Source of the DNA: Sediminibacterium sp.
Lineage (GTDB): Bacteria > Bacteroidota > Bacteroidia > Chitinophagales > Chitinophagaceae
Direction: 5' to 3'
Length of the DNA: 64,000 bases
NCBI RefSeq assembly: GCF_030695065.1
Contig: NZ_JAUYTR010000019.1
Span: 11,478-75,477, forward strand
Part shown: in pieces, positions 1 to 9,640 of the stretch
How positions within the stretch are numbered: position 1 is the stretch's first letter
Layout of the letters: every line of letters begins with the position of its first letter
Made by a program: the position numbers and the translations under genes
Notes under the pieces: model-generated
What the model saw: only the letters and a program-made list of their open reading frames with translations
Told to the model about the DNA's origin: nothing
The model's database searches: none

Positions 1-860
1 GATTGAATAAAGGCGAGTATTCGGTCTCTTGTACTGGCTTCTTTATACACTTGATTATGGCCTAAACCCTTGGTAATAAAGAATTCTGTAGAGGATATGG
101 TTTCGGATAATAGGGGTGCTACGTCTTCAAAAGTACAGATGGCATCCGTTTCATCGTGAATCCATAAAACCCTTGCATCCAAGTTTCTGACCACCCTTGC
201 TACAGAAAAATAACTGATGGGCTTACCCGCCAAATTGGTTACATATTGGTCAAAAGCTTGCTTAACAGCAGGTTTAACAGGAATTTGTGTGAATAGATTT
301 TCAATGGCCCTTTTGGTTTCAGTTGCAGGGGCAATTAATACCAATTTTCTTTCTTTCGTATTGGTCATTGATTCCATAGCTAAAGAAGCAGCCAAGCCAC
401 CCATAGAGTGGGCAATAATGCCATATAAGGGTCCAAATTGGGCTTCTATAGCTAAAATGGTGTCTCTATATATAAGTGCATTAATTCTTTTCCCATCACT
501 AATGCCATGCCCAGGAGCATCAAAGGCCAATACTTCAAATCCCTCTTTCTTTAGGGATACAATGTATTGCTCAAACTTATAAGAGTAGCTGCTGAACCCA
601 TGTACAATTAATATTTTTCTGGCTTGCGTTAATTCCGACTTCCACTGAAAGCCCCTAACTGTTATTCCTCTTACTTCTACCGATACGGGCAGGGATTGGT
701 GAAAAATGGCGGGTATTTTAGGGTTTTTCTTCGATTTAAAAGGGGTACTAAACAAGTCAAAAGCCTCGGCAGCGGCTTTTTCAGGCGATACCATACCGAT
801 GGTTCTAATTTTAGCCTTATAGTATCTCAGCAGAAGGCGCTGACTCAATTTCATCTTCAT
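1..860 (-). CDS. Alpha/beta hydrolase, partial (3' end runs off the window)
   Basis: Translated by hand, not in the ORF track: MKMKLSQRLLLRYY...ILIVHGFSSYS...FDAPGHG...IAHSMGG (GxSxG-type nucleophile elbow)...WIHDETD...GLGHN. The + ORFs 217-582 and 696-881 are antisense shadows. Confidence 0.9.
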   Translation of the reverse strand, partial: MKMKLSQRLLLRYYKAKIRTIGMVSPEKAAAEAFDLFSTPFKSKKNPKIPAIFHQSLPVSVEVRGITVRGFQWKSELTQARKILIVHGFSSYSYKFEQYIVSLKKEGFEVLAFDAPGHGISDGKRINALIYRDTILAIEAQFGPLYGIIAHSMGGLAASLAMESMTNTKERKLVLIAPATETKRAIENLFTQIPVKPAVKQAFDQYVTNLAGKPISYFSVARVVRNLDARVLWIHDETDAICTFEDVAPLLSETISSTEFFITKGLGHNQVYKEASTRDRILAFIQ

Positions 861-928
861 CCTGCAAAGGTATTTAAATAATATATCTAAACTTTTTAGT
901 AATAAATCGGTTAATAAGACTTTTAAAA

Positions 929-936
929 TACTTTTG
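929..936 (+). promoter_or_regulatory. Bacteroidota -7 promoter element (TACTTTTG) upstream of fdx
   Basis: Matches TAnnTTTG and ends 17 nt before the ATG at 954. Confidence 0.6.
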
Positions 937-953
937 CCACCCAAATAGTGATT

Positions 954-1289
954 ATGTATACAATTAAAATTGATTTTGAACAGAAAGGACTAGAAAACGT
1001 AGTCTTGACCAATATTGCGCCCGACCAAAGTTTATTAGAAGTTTGTTTAGACAACGGGATAGAGTTGCACCACAATTGTGGAGCTGTTTGTGCTTGTAGT
1101 ACTTGCCATTTATATGTGAATAGCGGTGCAGCGCATTTAGAAGAGCTTGGAGACAGAGAAGAAGATTTTATAGATAGGGCTGTAAATCCTAGAATCAACT
1201 CTAGATTAGGCTGTCAATGTGTATTACAAGCAGGATCTGGAGAGGTTAGCATTACATTACCAGATCAAACCCAGTTTTTGGGAGAATAA
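954..1289 (+). CDS. fdx: 2Fe-2S ferredoxin, ISC/adrenodoxin type
   Basis: CGAVCACSTCH (Cx5Cx2C) plus RLGCQ; ATG at 954 preferred over GTG at 948. Confidence 0.9.
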   Translation: MYTIKIDFEQKGLENVVLTNIAPDQSLLEVCLDNGIELHHNCGAVCACSTCHLYVNSGAAHLEELGDREEDFIDRAVNPRINSRLGCQCVLQAGSGEVSITLPDQTQFLGE

Positions 1290-1318
1290 TGAATTGATTT
1301 AACTTTTAACAAATTACC

Positions 1319-1558
1319 ATGAGCCATTTTGAGCCACCCATTAATTGGAACGACCACGAAGATATTGCGATGAAATTATACGAGCGTTTTGGAGACGATT
1401 TTACCGAAGCCAAAATATACCGTATTCGTTTTACTGATTTATTAGAGTGGGTTTTAGAAATTCCTAGATTTGAAGGAACAAGAGAACAGAGTACGGAAGG
1501 TCATTTAGAAATGATTCAAAGTGCTTGGGTATACGAATGGAGAGACAATCAAAAGTAA
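1319..1558 (+). CDS. iscX: Fe-S cluster assembly protein IscX
   Basis: 79 aa acidic protein with W-x-D...IA..LYE, RFTDLLEWV and LEMIQSAW segments; directly follows fdx as in isc operons. Confidence 0.85.
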   Translation: MSHFEPPINWNDHEDIAMKLYERFGDDFTEAKIYRIRFTDLLEWVLEIPRFEGTREQSTEGHLEMIQSAWVYEWRDNQK

Positions 1559-1560
1559 TT

Positions 1561-2076
1561 ATGCTGGAGCAATTCAACTATATCAATACATTCATTTTTG
1601 ACGTTGATGGGGTTTTAACAGACGGCTCATTACTAGTAATGCCGAATGGTTTAATGGCCCGTAGAATGAATATTAAAGATGGGTATGCATTGCAGCTAGC
1701 GATAAAAAAAGGGTATCAGGTGATTGTTATTTCAGGAGGTAATTCACCCGAAGTAAAAGATAGACTGAATAAGCTGGGGGTTCATGCGGTACATATGCAA
1801 GTAACCGATAAATTGGGTTTGCTCAAATCAATTTTGAATGAATTGAGCGTTGCGCAAAATACTTGTCTATTTATGGGCGACGATATACCCGATTTGGAAT
1901 GCATGAAATGGGTGGGTCTTCCTGTTTGCCCGGCGGATGCAGTTTCAGAAATAAAAGAAATTTCATTGTATATTTCTGCAATATCTGGAGGTATGGGCTG
2001 TGCAAGAGATGTAATTGAAAAAGTGATGAAATTGAGGGGTGATTGGAATGAGGATTTTACCCTAAGGGCACAGTAG
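1561..2076 (+). CDS. kdsC: KdsC-family HAD phosphatase (KDO-8-phosphate phosphatase-like)
   Basis: FDVDGVLTDG, KDGYA, ISGG and MGDDIPD motifs, GGMGCARDVIE; ATG at 1561. Confidence 0.8.
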   Translation: MLEQFNYINTFIFDVDGVLTDGSLLVMPNGLMARRMNIKDGYALQLAIKKGYQVIVISGGNSPEVKDRLNKLGVHAVHMQVTDKLGLLKSILNELSVAQNTCLFMGDDIPDLECMKWVGLPVCPADAVSEIKEISLYISAISGGMGCARDVIEKVMKLRGDWNEDFTLRAQ

Positions 2077-2123
2077 GGTTTATTTTACTAAGACAATATT
2101 TAATACCTTTTCAATTCAACCAT

Positions 2124-3068
2124 TTGAAATTAACAGCTGCATTTTTTCGCTTGGTAAGATGGCCCAATTTGGTGTTTATCATTGTTACCCAATATTTATT
2201 TGAATGGTGTATTTATGCTAGGGTTTATCCATTTGAATTTAATGAATCCAACCATTCTCAGTTTTTACTAATTCTGCTTGCATCGGTATTCATTGCCGCT
2301 GCAGGGTATATCATTAATGATTATTTTGACCAAAATATAGACCAGATTAATAAACCCGATAAAATGGTAGTGAATACCATTATCAATAGAAGATGGGTTA
2401 TATTTTGGCATATGGTATTGAGTTTAGCTGGATTGTTCTTTACCATGCTGGCCTTGCCAGTTCAATTGTATTGGCATTTGGTACTGGGTAATTTATTGGC
2501 CATTTTATTGCTGTGGTTTTATTCTACCAATTTTAAAAAACAACTATTGATTGGTAATATCATCATCTCGTTACTTACAGCATGGGTTATTTTAATTTTA
2601 TTTTTTGCCAAATTTCCTTTGTTAATTAATGAGCTTTTGGTGGTAGACCATAACAAAGTCAGATTTTTCAGGCTGTCTATTTTATATGCTTCTTTCGCAT
2701 TTATTATTTCACTGGTAAGAGAAGTGGTAAAAGACATGGAAGATATAGAAGGTGATCAAAAGTATGGTTGTAAAACCATGCCCATATTGTGGGGAATTAG
2801 AGCCAGTAAAGTTTTTGTTGCAGTGTGGATGGTTGTGTTAATTGCTGCATTAATCATTTTACAAATTTATGTTTTAGGGCTAGGGTGGTGGCATAGCGCA
2901 TTGTACTGTGTTTTATTAATTGTTTTGCCTTTGTTGGTCATATTGAAAAAGTTATATCATGCCAATAGTTCCAAAGACTATCATACGGTAAGTGCTTGGA
3001 TTAAATTGGTCATGTTTACCGGAATACTTTCAATGCTTTTCTTTAGATTTTATTCAGCATCAATATGA
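2124..3068 (+). CDS. UbiA-family prenyltransferase, DGGGP-synthase-like
   Basis: RLVRWPNL, GYIINDYFDQNIDQINKP and REVVKDMEDIEGD aspartate-rich motifs; about 8-9 hydrophobic segments; TTG start. Confidence 0.85.
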   Translation: MKLTAAFFRLVRWPNLVFIIVTQYLFEWCIYARVYPFEFNESNHSQFLLILLASVFIAAAGYIINDYFDQNIDQINKPDKMVVNTIINRRWVIFWHMVLSLAGLFFTMLALPVQLYWHLVLGNLLAILLLWFYSTNFKKQLLIGNIIISLLTAWVILILFFAKFPLLINELLVVDHNKVRFFRLSILYASFAFIISLVREVVKDMEDIEGDQKYGCKTMPILWGIRASKVFVAVWMVVLIAALIILQIYVLGLGWWHSALYCVLLIVLPLLVILKKLYHANSSKDYHTVSAWIKLVMFTGILSMLFFRFYSASI

Positions 3069-3664
3069 TAAAAACACCCGTTATACTTGCCTCTCAAAGC
3101 CCTAGAAGAAAAACTTTATTAGAATGGGCCGAAGTAACTTTTAGGGTGGTTGTAGAATCTACCGATGAAAGTTTTGATGCCAATATGGAAGCAGAAAAAA
3201 TTCCCATCCATATTGCAAAAGCTAAAGCAATTGCAGTAAAAAACAAATTGGTTGCTGCTGAAGAAAAAGTGAACAATATTATTTTTTTAGCAGCCGATAC
3301 GGTTGTGGTTTTAGAGAAAGAGATTATTAATAAGCCTGCAAATAGAGAAGAAGCCATTGCTATGCTACAAAAATTGTCGGGTAAAAATCATCGGGTTATA
3401 ACAGGAGTAGTCATTTTATTAAATGAAATAGAAGTGGCTTTTTCAGAAACTACCCATGTACAATTTCATCCATTAACCTTGCAGCAGATTGAATATTATG
3501 TAGACCAATATAAACCCTACGACAAAGCAGGGGCATATGCCATACAGGAATGGATAGGCGTAATTGGAATTGCCTCCATTACGGGCGACTTTTACAATGT
3601 AATGGGACTTCCAGTGAGTAGGGTGGTAAAAGAATTAACCACCCTGGATCTAGTAGCAAATTAG
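3065..3664 (+). CDS. maf: Maf-family nucleoside triphosphate pyrophosphatase
   Basis: ILASQSPRR, ADTVV, KPANREEA, DKAGAYAIQ and NVMGLP; ATGA overlap with the upstream gene. Confidence 0.93.
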   Translation: MIKTPVILASQSPRRKTLLEWAEVTFRVVVESTDESFDANMEAEKIPIHIAKAKAIAVKNKLVAAEEKVNNIIFLAADTVVVLEKEIINKPANREEAIAMLQKLSGKNHRVITGVVILLNEIEVAFSETTHVQFHPLTLQQIEYYVDQYKPYDKAGAYAIQEWIGVIGIASITGDFYNVMGLPVSRVVKELTTLDLVAN

Positions 3665-3719
3665 TTACGCCATTCAACTGACTGATATTGGGCAGCAAAT
3701 AGGGTTTTACCAGTATCTT

Positions 3720-4130
3720 TTACCAAATAAACTGCAGGTCTAGCTCTACGTCTGGATGTAATGTTCTTTCTACCGGGCAAGTTCTTGCAGTATTTTCGAG
3801 TATGGCTTTTTCTTTGTCGCTTAAATGTTTAAGTGATTCAGGAAATTGAATATGAACAACGATTTTACCGATTCTTCTAGGGTCACTGTACATGACTTTA
3901 GTAACGTCGGCCTTAGTGCCATCTAGTACAATATTATCCATGGATTGGGCTTTAATGCCCATTGTGGTGATCATACAAGAGGCCAATGCGGTTGCTACTA
4001 AGTCGGTTGGAGAAAACCTTTCGCCCTTTCCCTTGTTATCGGTAGGTGCGTCGGTTTCAATAGCAGATCCGCTTTGTAAATGTGTAGCTGTGGTTCTAAG
4101 GTCGCTGGTATAAATAATTTGTGAAGTCAT
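3720..4130 (-). CDS. OsmC-family protein
   Basis: TDAPTDNKGKGERFSPTDL...LASC and later TCPV; the two conserved Cys of the OsmC/Ohr fold. Confidence 0.88.
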   Translation of the reverse strand: MTSQIIYTSDLRTTATHLQSGSAIETDAPTDNKGKGERFSPTDLVATALASCMITTMGIKAQSMDNIVLDGTKADVTKVMYSDPRRIGKIVVHIQFPESLKHLSDKEKAILENTARTCPVERTLHPDVELDLQFIW

Positions 4131-4169
4131 TGCATCAATTTTGCTTTAAATTTACCTATAACAAACCAA

Positions 4170-5000
4170 ATGGAAGTGAAGAAACTATTTTTTGTGGTTT
4201 TCCTAATGTCAGGAACAGGATTAATGGCTCAGAAAAAACAACCTTCTGAATCTGCTATGCAGCGTGCGCAAAAGAAAGAAGAGCGCAGAGAAAAAATAAA
4301 TCAACTCATTAAACAAGAAGAAGAAGGTGCGCTAATTTTTAATAAGCAAAATGCATTCAGCATTAATTTAAACACCGATGGATGGGGGGTGAAATTTGAA
4401 AAAGGAAAGTATAAAACCATTACCAGTACTAATTTGATGTGGCTAGAATTTGGCGAAAGAAAACATCCCAAAGAAGAGCGCATTCCCACATTGTCTTCTT
4501 CAGGTGGCTTTATTTTAATATCCAATTATATCTATGGAAAGCAGAATAATTTTTATTACCTCAACCTCGGTTTTGGGCAGCAAAAATTAATTGGAGGCAA
4601 GGGTAATAAAAATGGTATTGCTGTTTCAGCTATTTATGGCGGCGGTATTACTGCGGGATTATTAAAGCCCTATTATTTAGAAGTTCAGAACCAACAAACT
4701 GGCTTGAGAGAGGAAATTAAATACGATGGTACCAATGAAGCGCTTTTTTTAGACCCAAGTGCTATTTTAGGCAAAGGGGGGCTATTTAAAGGATTTGGTG
4801 AAATGAAAGTTGTACCTGGGGCTCATGCTAAGCTGGCATTGCGATTTGATTATGGCAGATACAATGAATTGTTATCCGCTATTGAAGTGGGTGTAAATGC
4901 TTCCTTTTATTCACAGAAAATGCCCATTATTTTACTAAATAAGGAAAAAAACTTCTTCTTTAATGCTTACGCCGCATTCACTTTCGGTAGAAGAAAGTAG
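4170..5000 (+). CDS. Hypothetical exported protein, probable outer-membrane beta-barrel
   Basis: Signal peptide (LMA-Q), charged N-terminal helix, Gly/aromatic-rich alternating strands, C-terminal AAFTFGRRK. Confidence 0.6.
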   Translation: MEVKKLFFVVFLMSGTGLMAQKKQPSESAMQRAQKKEERREKINQLIKQEEEGALIFNKQNAFSINLNTDGWGVKFEKGKYKTITSTNLMWLEFGERKHPKEERIPTLSSSGGFILISNYIYGKQNNFYYLNLGFGQQKLIGGKGNKNGIAVSAIYGGGITAGLLKPYYLEVQNQQTGLREEIKYDGTNEALFLDPSAILGKGGLFKGFGEMKVVPGAHAKLALRFDYGRYNELLSAIEVGVNASFYSQKMPIILLNKEKNFFFNAYAAFTFGRRK

Positions 5001-5001
5001 T

Positions 5002-5009
5002 TAATTTTG
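5002..5009 (+). promoter_or_regulatory. -7 promoter element (TAATTTTG) upstream of lipA
   Basis: TAnnTTTG match ending 22 nt before the ATG at 5032. Confidence 0.55.
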
Positions 5010-5031
5010 TGCCCAATTATATTTCTAGAGC

Positions 5032-5979
5032 ATGCAAGAATTACCTGTAGTACCTAAAATGCCTATCGATACCATCGTTACAGCTGACGCGCCTTTGAAA
5101 AAGCCCAATTGGTTGCGTGTAAAACTTCCCATTGGAGAAAGTTACAAGCACGTAAGAGGGTTAGTAGATACCCATAAGTTACATACTATTTGTGAAAGTG
5201 GCAATTGCCCTAATATGGGCGAGTGCTGGGGAGAAGGAACGGCTACATTTATGATTCTCGGAAATATTTGTACGCGAAGCTGTGGGTTTTGTGCGGTGGC
5301 AACGGGTAGACCTTTGGCAGTTGATTTTGATGAGCCACAAAGAGTAGCAGAAGCCATTCACTTAATGAAAGTAAAACATGCAGTCATTACTAGTGTAGAC
5401 CGAGACGAATTGAAAGATGGGGGTTCTATTATTTGGTACAATACCATCAAAGCAGTAAAAACATTAAATCCTACCACTACATTAGAAACGTTGATTCCCG
5501 ATTTCAGGGGATTTAAAGACCAAATACAACGTATTATTGAAGCTGCTCCTGAAGTAGTGAGTCATAATATGGAAACAGTAGAACGCATTACCAAGCAAGT
5601 AAGAATTCAAGCAAAATACAGGCGTAGTTTAGAAGTGTTAGAAACCTTGAAAAAAGGGGGCATGAGAACTAAAACGGGTATGATGCTTGGCTTGGGTGAA
5701 ACCAAGGAAGAAATTATTCAGTCAATGAAAGACTTGGTTGCCGTAGGCACCGATGTACTTACTTTGGGCCAGTATTTACAACCTACTAAAAAGCATTTAC
5801 CCGTTCAGCGATTTGTACATCCAGATGAGTTTGCAGAACTAAGAGAAATAGGCTACAGCATTGGATTTGATTATGTAGAAAGTGGTCCTTTAGTTAGATC
5901 TTCTTATCATAGCGAAAAGCATGTGATTCCTGGTTATGGAGTAAACAAATGGAAGATGGAAAAACAATTACATGCATAA
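5032..5979 (+). CDS. lipA: Lipoyl synthase
   Basis: [12 protein letters not shown] (Cx4Cx5C), radical-SAM CTRSCGFC, C-terminal VRSSY. Confidence 0.97.
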   Translation: MQELPVVPKMPIDTIVTADAPLKKPNWLRVKLPIGESYKHVRGLVDTHKLHTICESGNCPNMGECWGEGTATFMILGNICTRSCGFCAVATGRPLAVDFDEPQRVAEAIHLMKVKHAVITSVDRDELKDGGSIIWYNTIKAVKTLNPTTTLETLIPDFRGFKDQIQRIIEAAPEVVSHNMETVERITKQVRIQAKYRRSLEVLETLKKGGMRTKTGMMLGLGETKEEIIQSMKDLVAVGTDVLTLGQYLQPTKKHLPVQRFVHPDEFAELREIGYSIGFDYVESGPLVRSSYHSEKHVIPGYGVNKWKMEKQLHA

Positions 5980-6934
5980 ATTTTTAGGTTTATTATTTTT
6001 TGCTCCAATATTTGGTCTTGGGCAAACCAAGTGGATAAATGTAGACAGTGTATTTGGTCCATTGCCCAATAAAGTACACATATTCTATTCAAATGATTCT
6101 TTAGATGGCAAGCCCAATAAAGCTTTTTATTTAATAGCACCTTTAAAAGAGAAGACGCTGGATTTTTCGGTTTCGGTGGGTAACGGAAAGCGGTATACAC
6201 CTTCGGAATATCATCAGCAAAATAATGCCCCATTGTTAGTAGTGAACACCACTTTTTTTGAGTTTGTTCAAAACAGAAATTTAAATGCGGTAGTGAGCAA
6301 TGGTCAACTCTTGGCTTATAATATCCATAACACTGTTCTAAAAGGAAAAGACACTTTTACTTATCGTCACAGTTTTGCAGGGGCTATTGGCGTTTCTAAA
6401 AAACGAAAAGCAGATATTGCTTGGTTGTTTACAGACAGTGCTGCAAAATATCCATTAGCAAGTCAAATACCCGTCCCCCATTTTAAAGACAGCAATGCAG
6501 TGCTTCAAAAAACACAGTTGCCTGGTTCCTTTAAAAAATGGAAAATGCAAACCGCTGTTGCAGGAGGGCCAGTGTTAATTCAAGCTAATCAAATTAAAAT
6601 CACCAATAACGAGGAGCAAAGATTTGCGGGTAAACAAATAAACGACAAGCATCCAAGAACTGCAATGGGCTATACCGCTGATGGAGGTTTAGTGGTAATG
6701 GTAGTGGAGGGAAGAAATCCAGGAATTGCGGAGGGCGCAAACCTTACTCAATTGGCGCAATTAATGCTGTCTGCTGGTTGCGTAGAAGCATTAAATTTAG
6801 ATGGGGGAGGAAGTAGTACCATGTTGGTAAATGGAAAAGAAACCATTAAACCCAGCGATAAAACCGGGCAACGCCCGGTTCCAGCTGTGTTTATTATTTC
6901 ATCTCCCAAACAAGTGCAGACGCTCCTAAAATAG
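5972..6934 (+). CDS. Phosphodiester glycosidase (NAGPA-like) family protein, exported
   Basis: [21 protein letters not shown] and [10 protein letters not shown] motifs; signal peptide; 8-nt overlap with lipA. Confidence 0.88.
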   Translation: MHKFLGLLFFAPIFGLGQTKWINVDSVFGPLPNKVHIFYSNDSLDGKPNKAFYLIAPLKEKTLDFSVSVGNGKRYTPSEYHQQNNAPLLVVNTTFFEFVQNRNLNAVVSNGQLLAYNIHNTVLKGKDTFTYRHSFAGAIGVSKKRKADIAWLFTDSAAKYPLASQIPVPHFKDSNAVLQKTQLPGSFKKWKMQTAVAGGPVLIQANQIKITNNEEQRFAGKQINDKHPRTAMGYTADGGLVVMVVEGRNPGIAEGANLTQLAQLMLSAGCVEALNLDGGGSSTMLVNGKETIKPSDKTGQRPVPAVFIISSPKQVQTLLK

Positions 6935-7889
6935 CGGCATCAGATTCTTTTAAATGGCTCACCAATATTTTCACTTTGTTTTGGAATACTTGTATAAGAT
7001 TGGCTTCCATATGTTCGCGTGTAGGCTTTAATATAAAGTCTCCCGCTTTGGTTAATCCTCCAAACAAGATAATGGCTTCAGGGCTAGAGAACATTACAAA
7101 ATTAGCTAGTGCCATTCCTAAGATTTTACCTGTATAATCAAATATTTCCTTAGCCAATTCATCGCCTTCTAAAGCGGCTTCATGCACTTTTTTAGAATCT
7201 ATTTGCTCAATTGGAATTACTCTTAATAAACTGGGTTTGCTGCTTTTTTCTAAGAACTCAAGCGCATTTAATCTAACACCCGTAGCAGAAGCATAACTTT
7301 CTAAAGAACCTCTTTTGCCTGTTCCCTCGTGTAGTCTTCCGTCTGGAATAATAATGGTATGTCCTAATTCTCCTGCAAATCCATCGTGCCCATAAATTAA
7401 TTTTCCATTGGCCACAATACCACTGCCCACGCCTGTTCCAAGGGTAATCATGATAAAGTCATGCATGTCTTGAGCAGCTCCATACATCATTTCTCCTAAA
7501 GCAGCAGCATTGGCATCGTTGGTTAAAACAACGGGTAATTTAAATTGATCTTCTACCATTTTACCAAATGGAATAATGCCTTTCCAAGGTAAGTTGGCAG
7601 CATACTCAATGGTATTTTTATAATAATTGCCATTGGGTGCACCAATGCCAATTCCTTTTATTCTACCTACTCCACCTGCTTGTTCAATTAAAGGAGCAAT
7701 ATTTTGGTAGAGGTCTTCTATATAGGGCATTACTTCAAGATGGTTTCTGGTACTCATTTCGCCAGAGAACAATAAATTCCCTACTCTATCTACAATTCCA
7801 TATTTGGTTCCAGTACCACCAATATCAATGCCTACTGCCAATTGCTCCATTGCAGTTGAACCGGCTCTGTTGTCTTTTTTACTATTCAT
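6894..7889 (-). CDS. ROK-family sugar kinase (probable glucokinase)
   Basis: GIDIGGT, NDANAAALGE, ITLGTGVGSG, GELGH, GSLESYAS; start probably 7889 (alternatively 7850). Confidence 0.92.
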   Translation of the reverse strand: MNSKKDNRAGSTAMEQLAVGIDIGGTGTKYGIVDRVGNLLFSGEMSTRNHLEVMPYIEDLYQNIAPLIEQAGGVGRIKGIGIGAPNGNYYKNTIEYAANLPWKGIIPFGKMVEDQFKLPVVLTNDANAAALGEMMYGAAQDMHDFIMITLGTGVGSGIVANGKLIYGHDGFAGELGHTIIIPDGRLHEGTGKRGSLESYASATGVRLNALEFLEKSSKPSLLRVIPIEQIDSKKVHEAALEGDELAKEIFDYTGKILGMALANFVMFSSPEAIILFGGLTKAGDFILKPTREHMEANLIQVFQNKVKILVSHLKESDAAILGASALVWEMK

Positions 7890-7908
7890 AAACTGTACTT
7901 TCAAATAA

Positions 7909-9516
7909 TTAATGTCCACCGCCTACTTGTGCATCAAAATCTAATCCCTGTGCTTTTAACACATTTTTCATTTTGATGGCGAGGTATATTAAAAACGCAA
8001 AACAAGCAGCTGCTAATAAATAGGATTGGTGCATGCCAATTGCAGAGTTGTCTCCAATAGCACCTTGCAATGGTGGAATAATGGCGCCGCCTAAAATCAT
8101 CATAATTAAAAATGCAGAGCCCTGGCTAGTATACTTTCCTAATCCACCCACACCCAAAGAAAATATACATGGCCACATTACCGAGCAACAAAGACCACCA
8201 GCCATAAAAGAATAAACTGAAATTAATCCATTGGTAAACACCCCAATTAACATAGCAGCAGTAGCCAATGCAGAAACTGCAATCAAGGTTTTAACTGGTT
8301 TTTCTTGGCCATAAAAGAAGGCTGCTATGGCCAATGCAATGTATACAGCATAACCAAATAAATCAGACACATCGCTGCCATATAAATTATTTACATAAAG
8401 CACTACACCAAAAGCAAAAAATGGAACAACAATGGTTGCAATGGTTTTACTCATGCCCTTTAAATTAAATACGCTGATGGCACCGGTCCATCTACCAATC
8501 ATTAAACTACCCCAATACAATGAAACGTATTTGGAGATCTGGCTTTCTTCTAAACCAGCTTCGGTTAAGTATCCTGGAATTCTTAATAAAGCCCCAAAAT
8601 TGTTGTCGATGGTAACTTCTACCCCTACATAAACAAAAATACCAATCATACCATAAATCAATTGTTGGTATTTCATAGCGCCCCAACCCGTTGGATTTTT
8701 AACTGCTTGGTTATTAGAATAAAACAAAATTCCTACCACTGATATTAAAGAAAGTAAAAGCAACGTTAGTTTAGGTACTTCTGTAAATTGTCCTACAATA
8801 ATAATGATGCCAATTAAAAAAGTCATCATTAATAATGAAGAAGCTGCTTTGTTTGCTTTCTCAAATTTTTCATCGTTTTTACCTTCGGGTAATTTTGAAA
8901 ATGCAAAGAATAAAGCCACTGCCGCAAATACTCCTGCAACTATTAAATACAAAGTATTGATATTGGTTACAGTTACTTCTGTGTTGGCATTACCTACTGA
9001 GCCAAATAAAAAGAAACTCACGATAATGGGCCCCAGCGTGGTTCCCAGCGAATTGATACCGCCAGCTAAATTTAAACGATGTGATCCTGTGGAAGGATCT
9101 CCTAAGGTAATAGCAAAAGGTTGTGCAGATGTTTGCTGTAAAGAAAATCCTAATGCTACAATAAAAAATGAACCAAGAATAGCAGGAAAAGAATTGGCAT
9201 TGGCAGAGGGTATAATTAATAAAGCGCCTACTACTGAAATACCCAAACCATATATGATTCCTTTTTTATAGCCTATTTTATTCAAGATATCGTATCCAAA
9301 TAAATTGGATAATATAAATAAGATTAAAGACCCAATAAAATAAGCGCCATAAAATGCAGAACCTATTAATTGAGATTCAAATTGATTAAGCTGAAAATGG
9401 TTTTTAGCAAATGGGATGAATATACTGTTAGAAGCAGCAATAAATCCCCAAAAGAAAAATACAATGACAAGGGTGGCTAATGCACCAGTATTGGTGGGCT
9501 GTTTGGTCTGAGTCAT
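7909..9516 (-). CDS. MFS sugar:H+ symporter, FucP/GluP family
   Basis: FFFWGF N-terminus, LQQTSAQP, RLNLAGGINSLG, FVYVGVE, GGAIIPPLQG; more than 12 hydrophobic segments. Confidence 0.88.
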   Translation of the reverse strand: MTQTKQPTNTGALATLVIVFFFWGFIAASNSIFIPFAKNHFQLNQFESQLIGSAFYGAYFIGSLILFILSNLFGYDILNKIGYKKGIIYGLGISVVGALLIIPSANANSFPAILGSFFIVALGFSLQQTSAQPFAITLGDPSTGSHRLNLAGGINSLGTTLGPIIVSFFLFGSVGNANTEVTVTNINTLYLIVAGVFAAVALFFAFSKLPEGKNDEKFEKANKAASSLLMMTFLIGIIIIVGQFTEVPKLTLLLLSLISVVGILFYSNNQAVKNPTGWGAMKYQQLIYGMIGIFVYVGVEVTIDNNFGALLRIPGYLTEAGLEESQISKYVSLYWGSLMIGRWTGAISVFNLKGMSKTIATIVVPFFAFGVVLYVNNLYGSDVSDLFGYAVYIALAIAAFFYGQEKPVKTLIAVSALATAAMLIGVFTNGLISVYSFMAGGLCCSVMWPCIFSLGVGGLGKYTSQGSAFLIMMILGGAIIPPLQGAIGDNSAIGMHQSYLLAAACFAFLIYLAIKMKNVLKAQGLDFDAQVGGGH

Positions 9517-9640
9517 ATCAATCGTTCGTTTTTATAGGTATGGAAAATAGGAATAATTGGTTGAAGGAAAAATTTTAAATGGTAATTTGATGGAATCGCT
9601 TTATTGGTTATCTTGAAAATTGAAGATTTAATTCTTTTTT

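Noticed and set aside
217-881. Plus-strand ORFs 217-582 and 696-881
   Set aside because: Antisense shadows of the minus-strand alpha/beta hydrolase, which has clear catalytic motifs.
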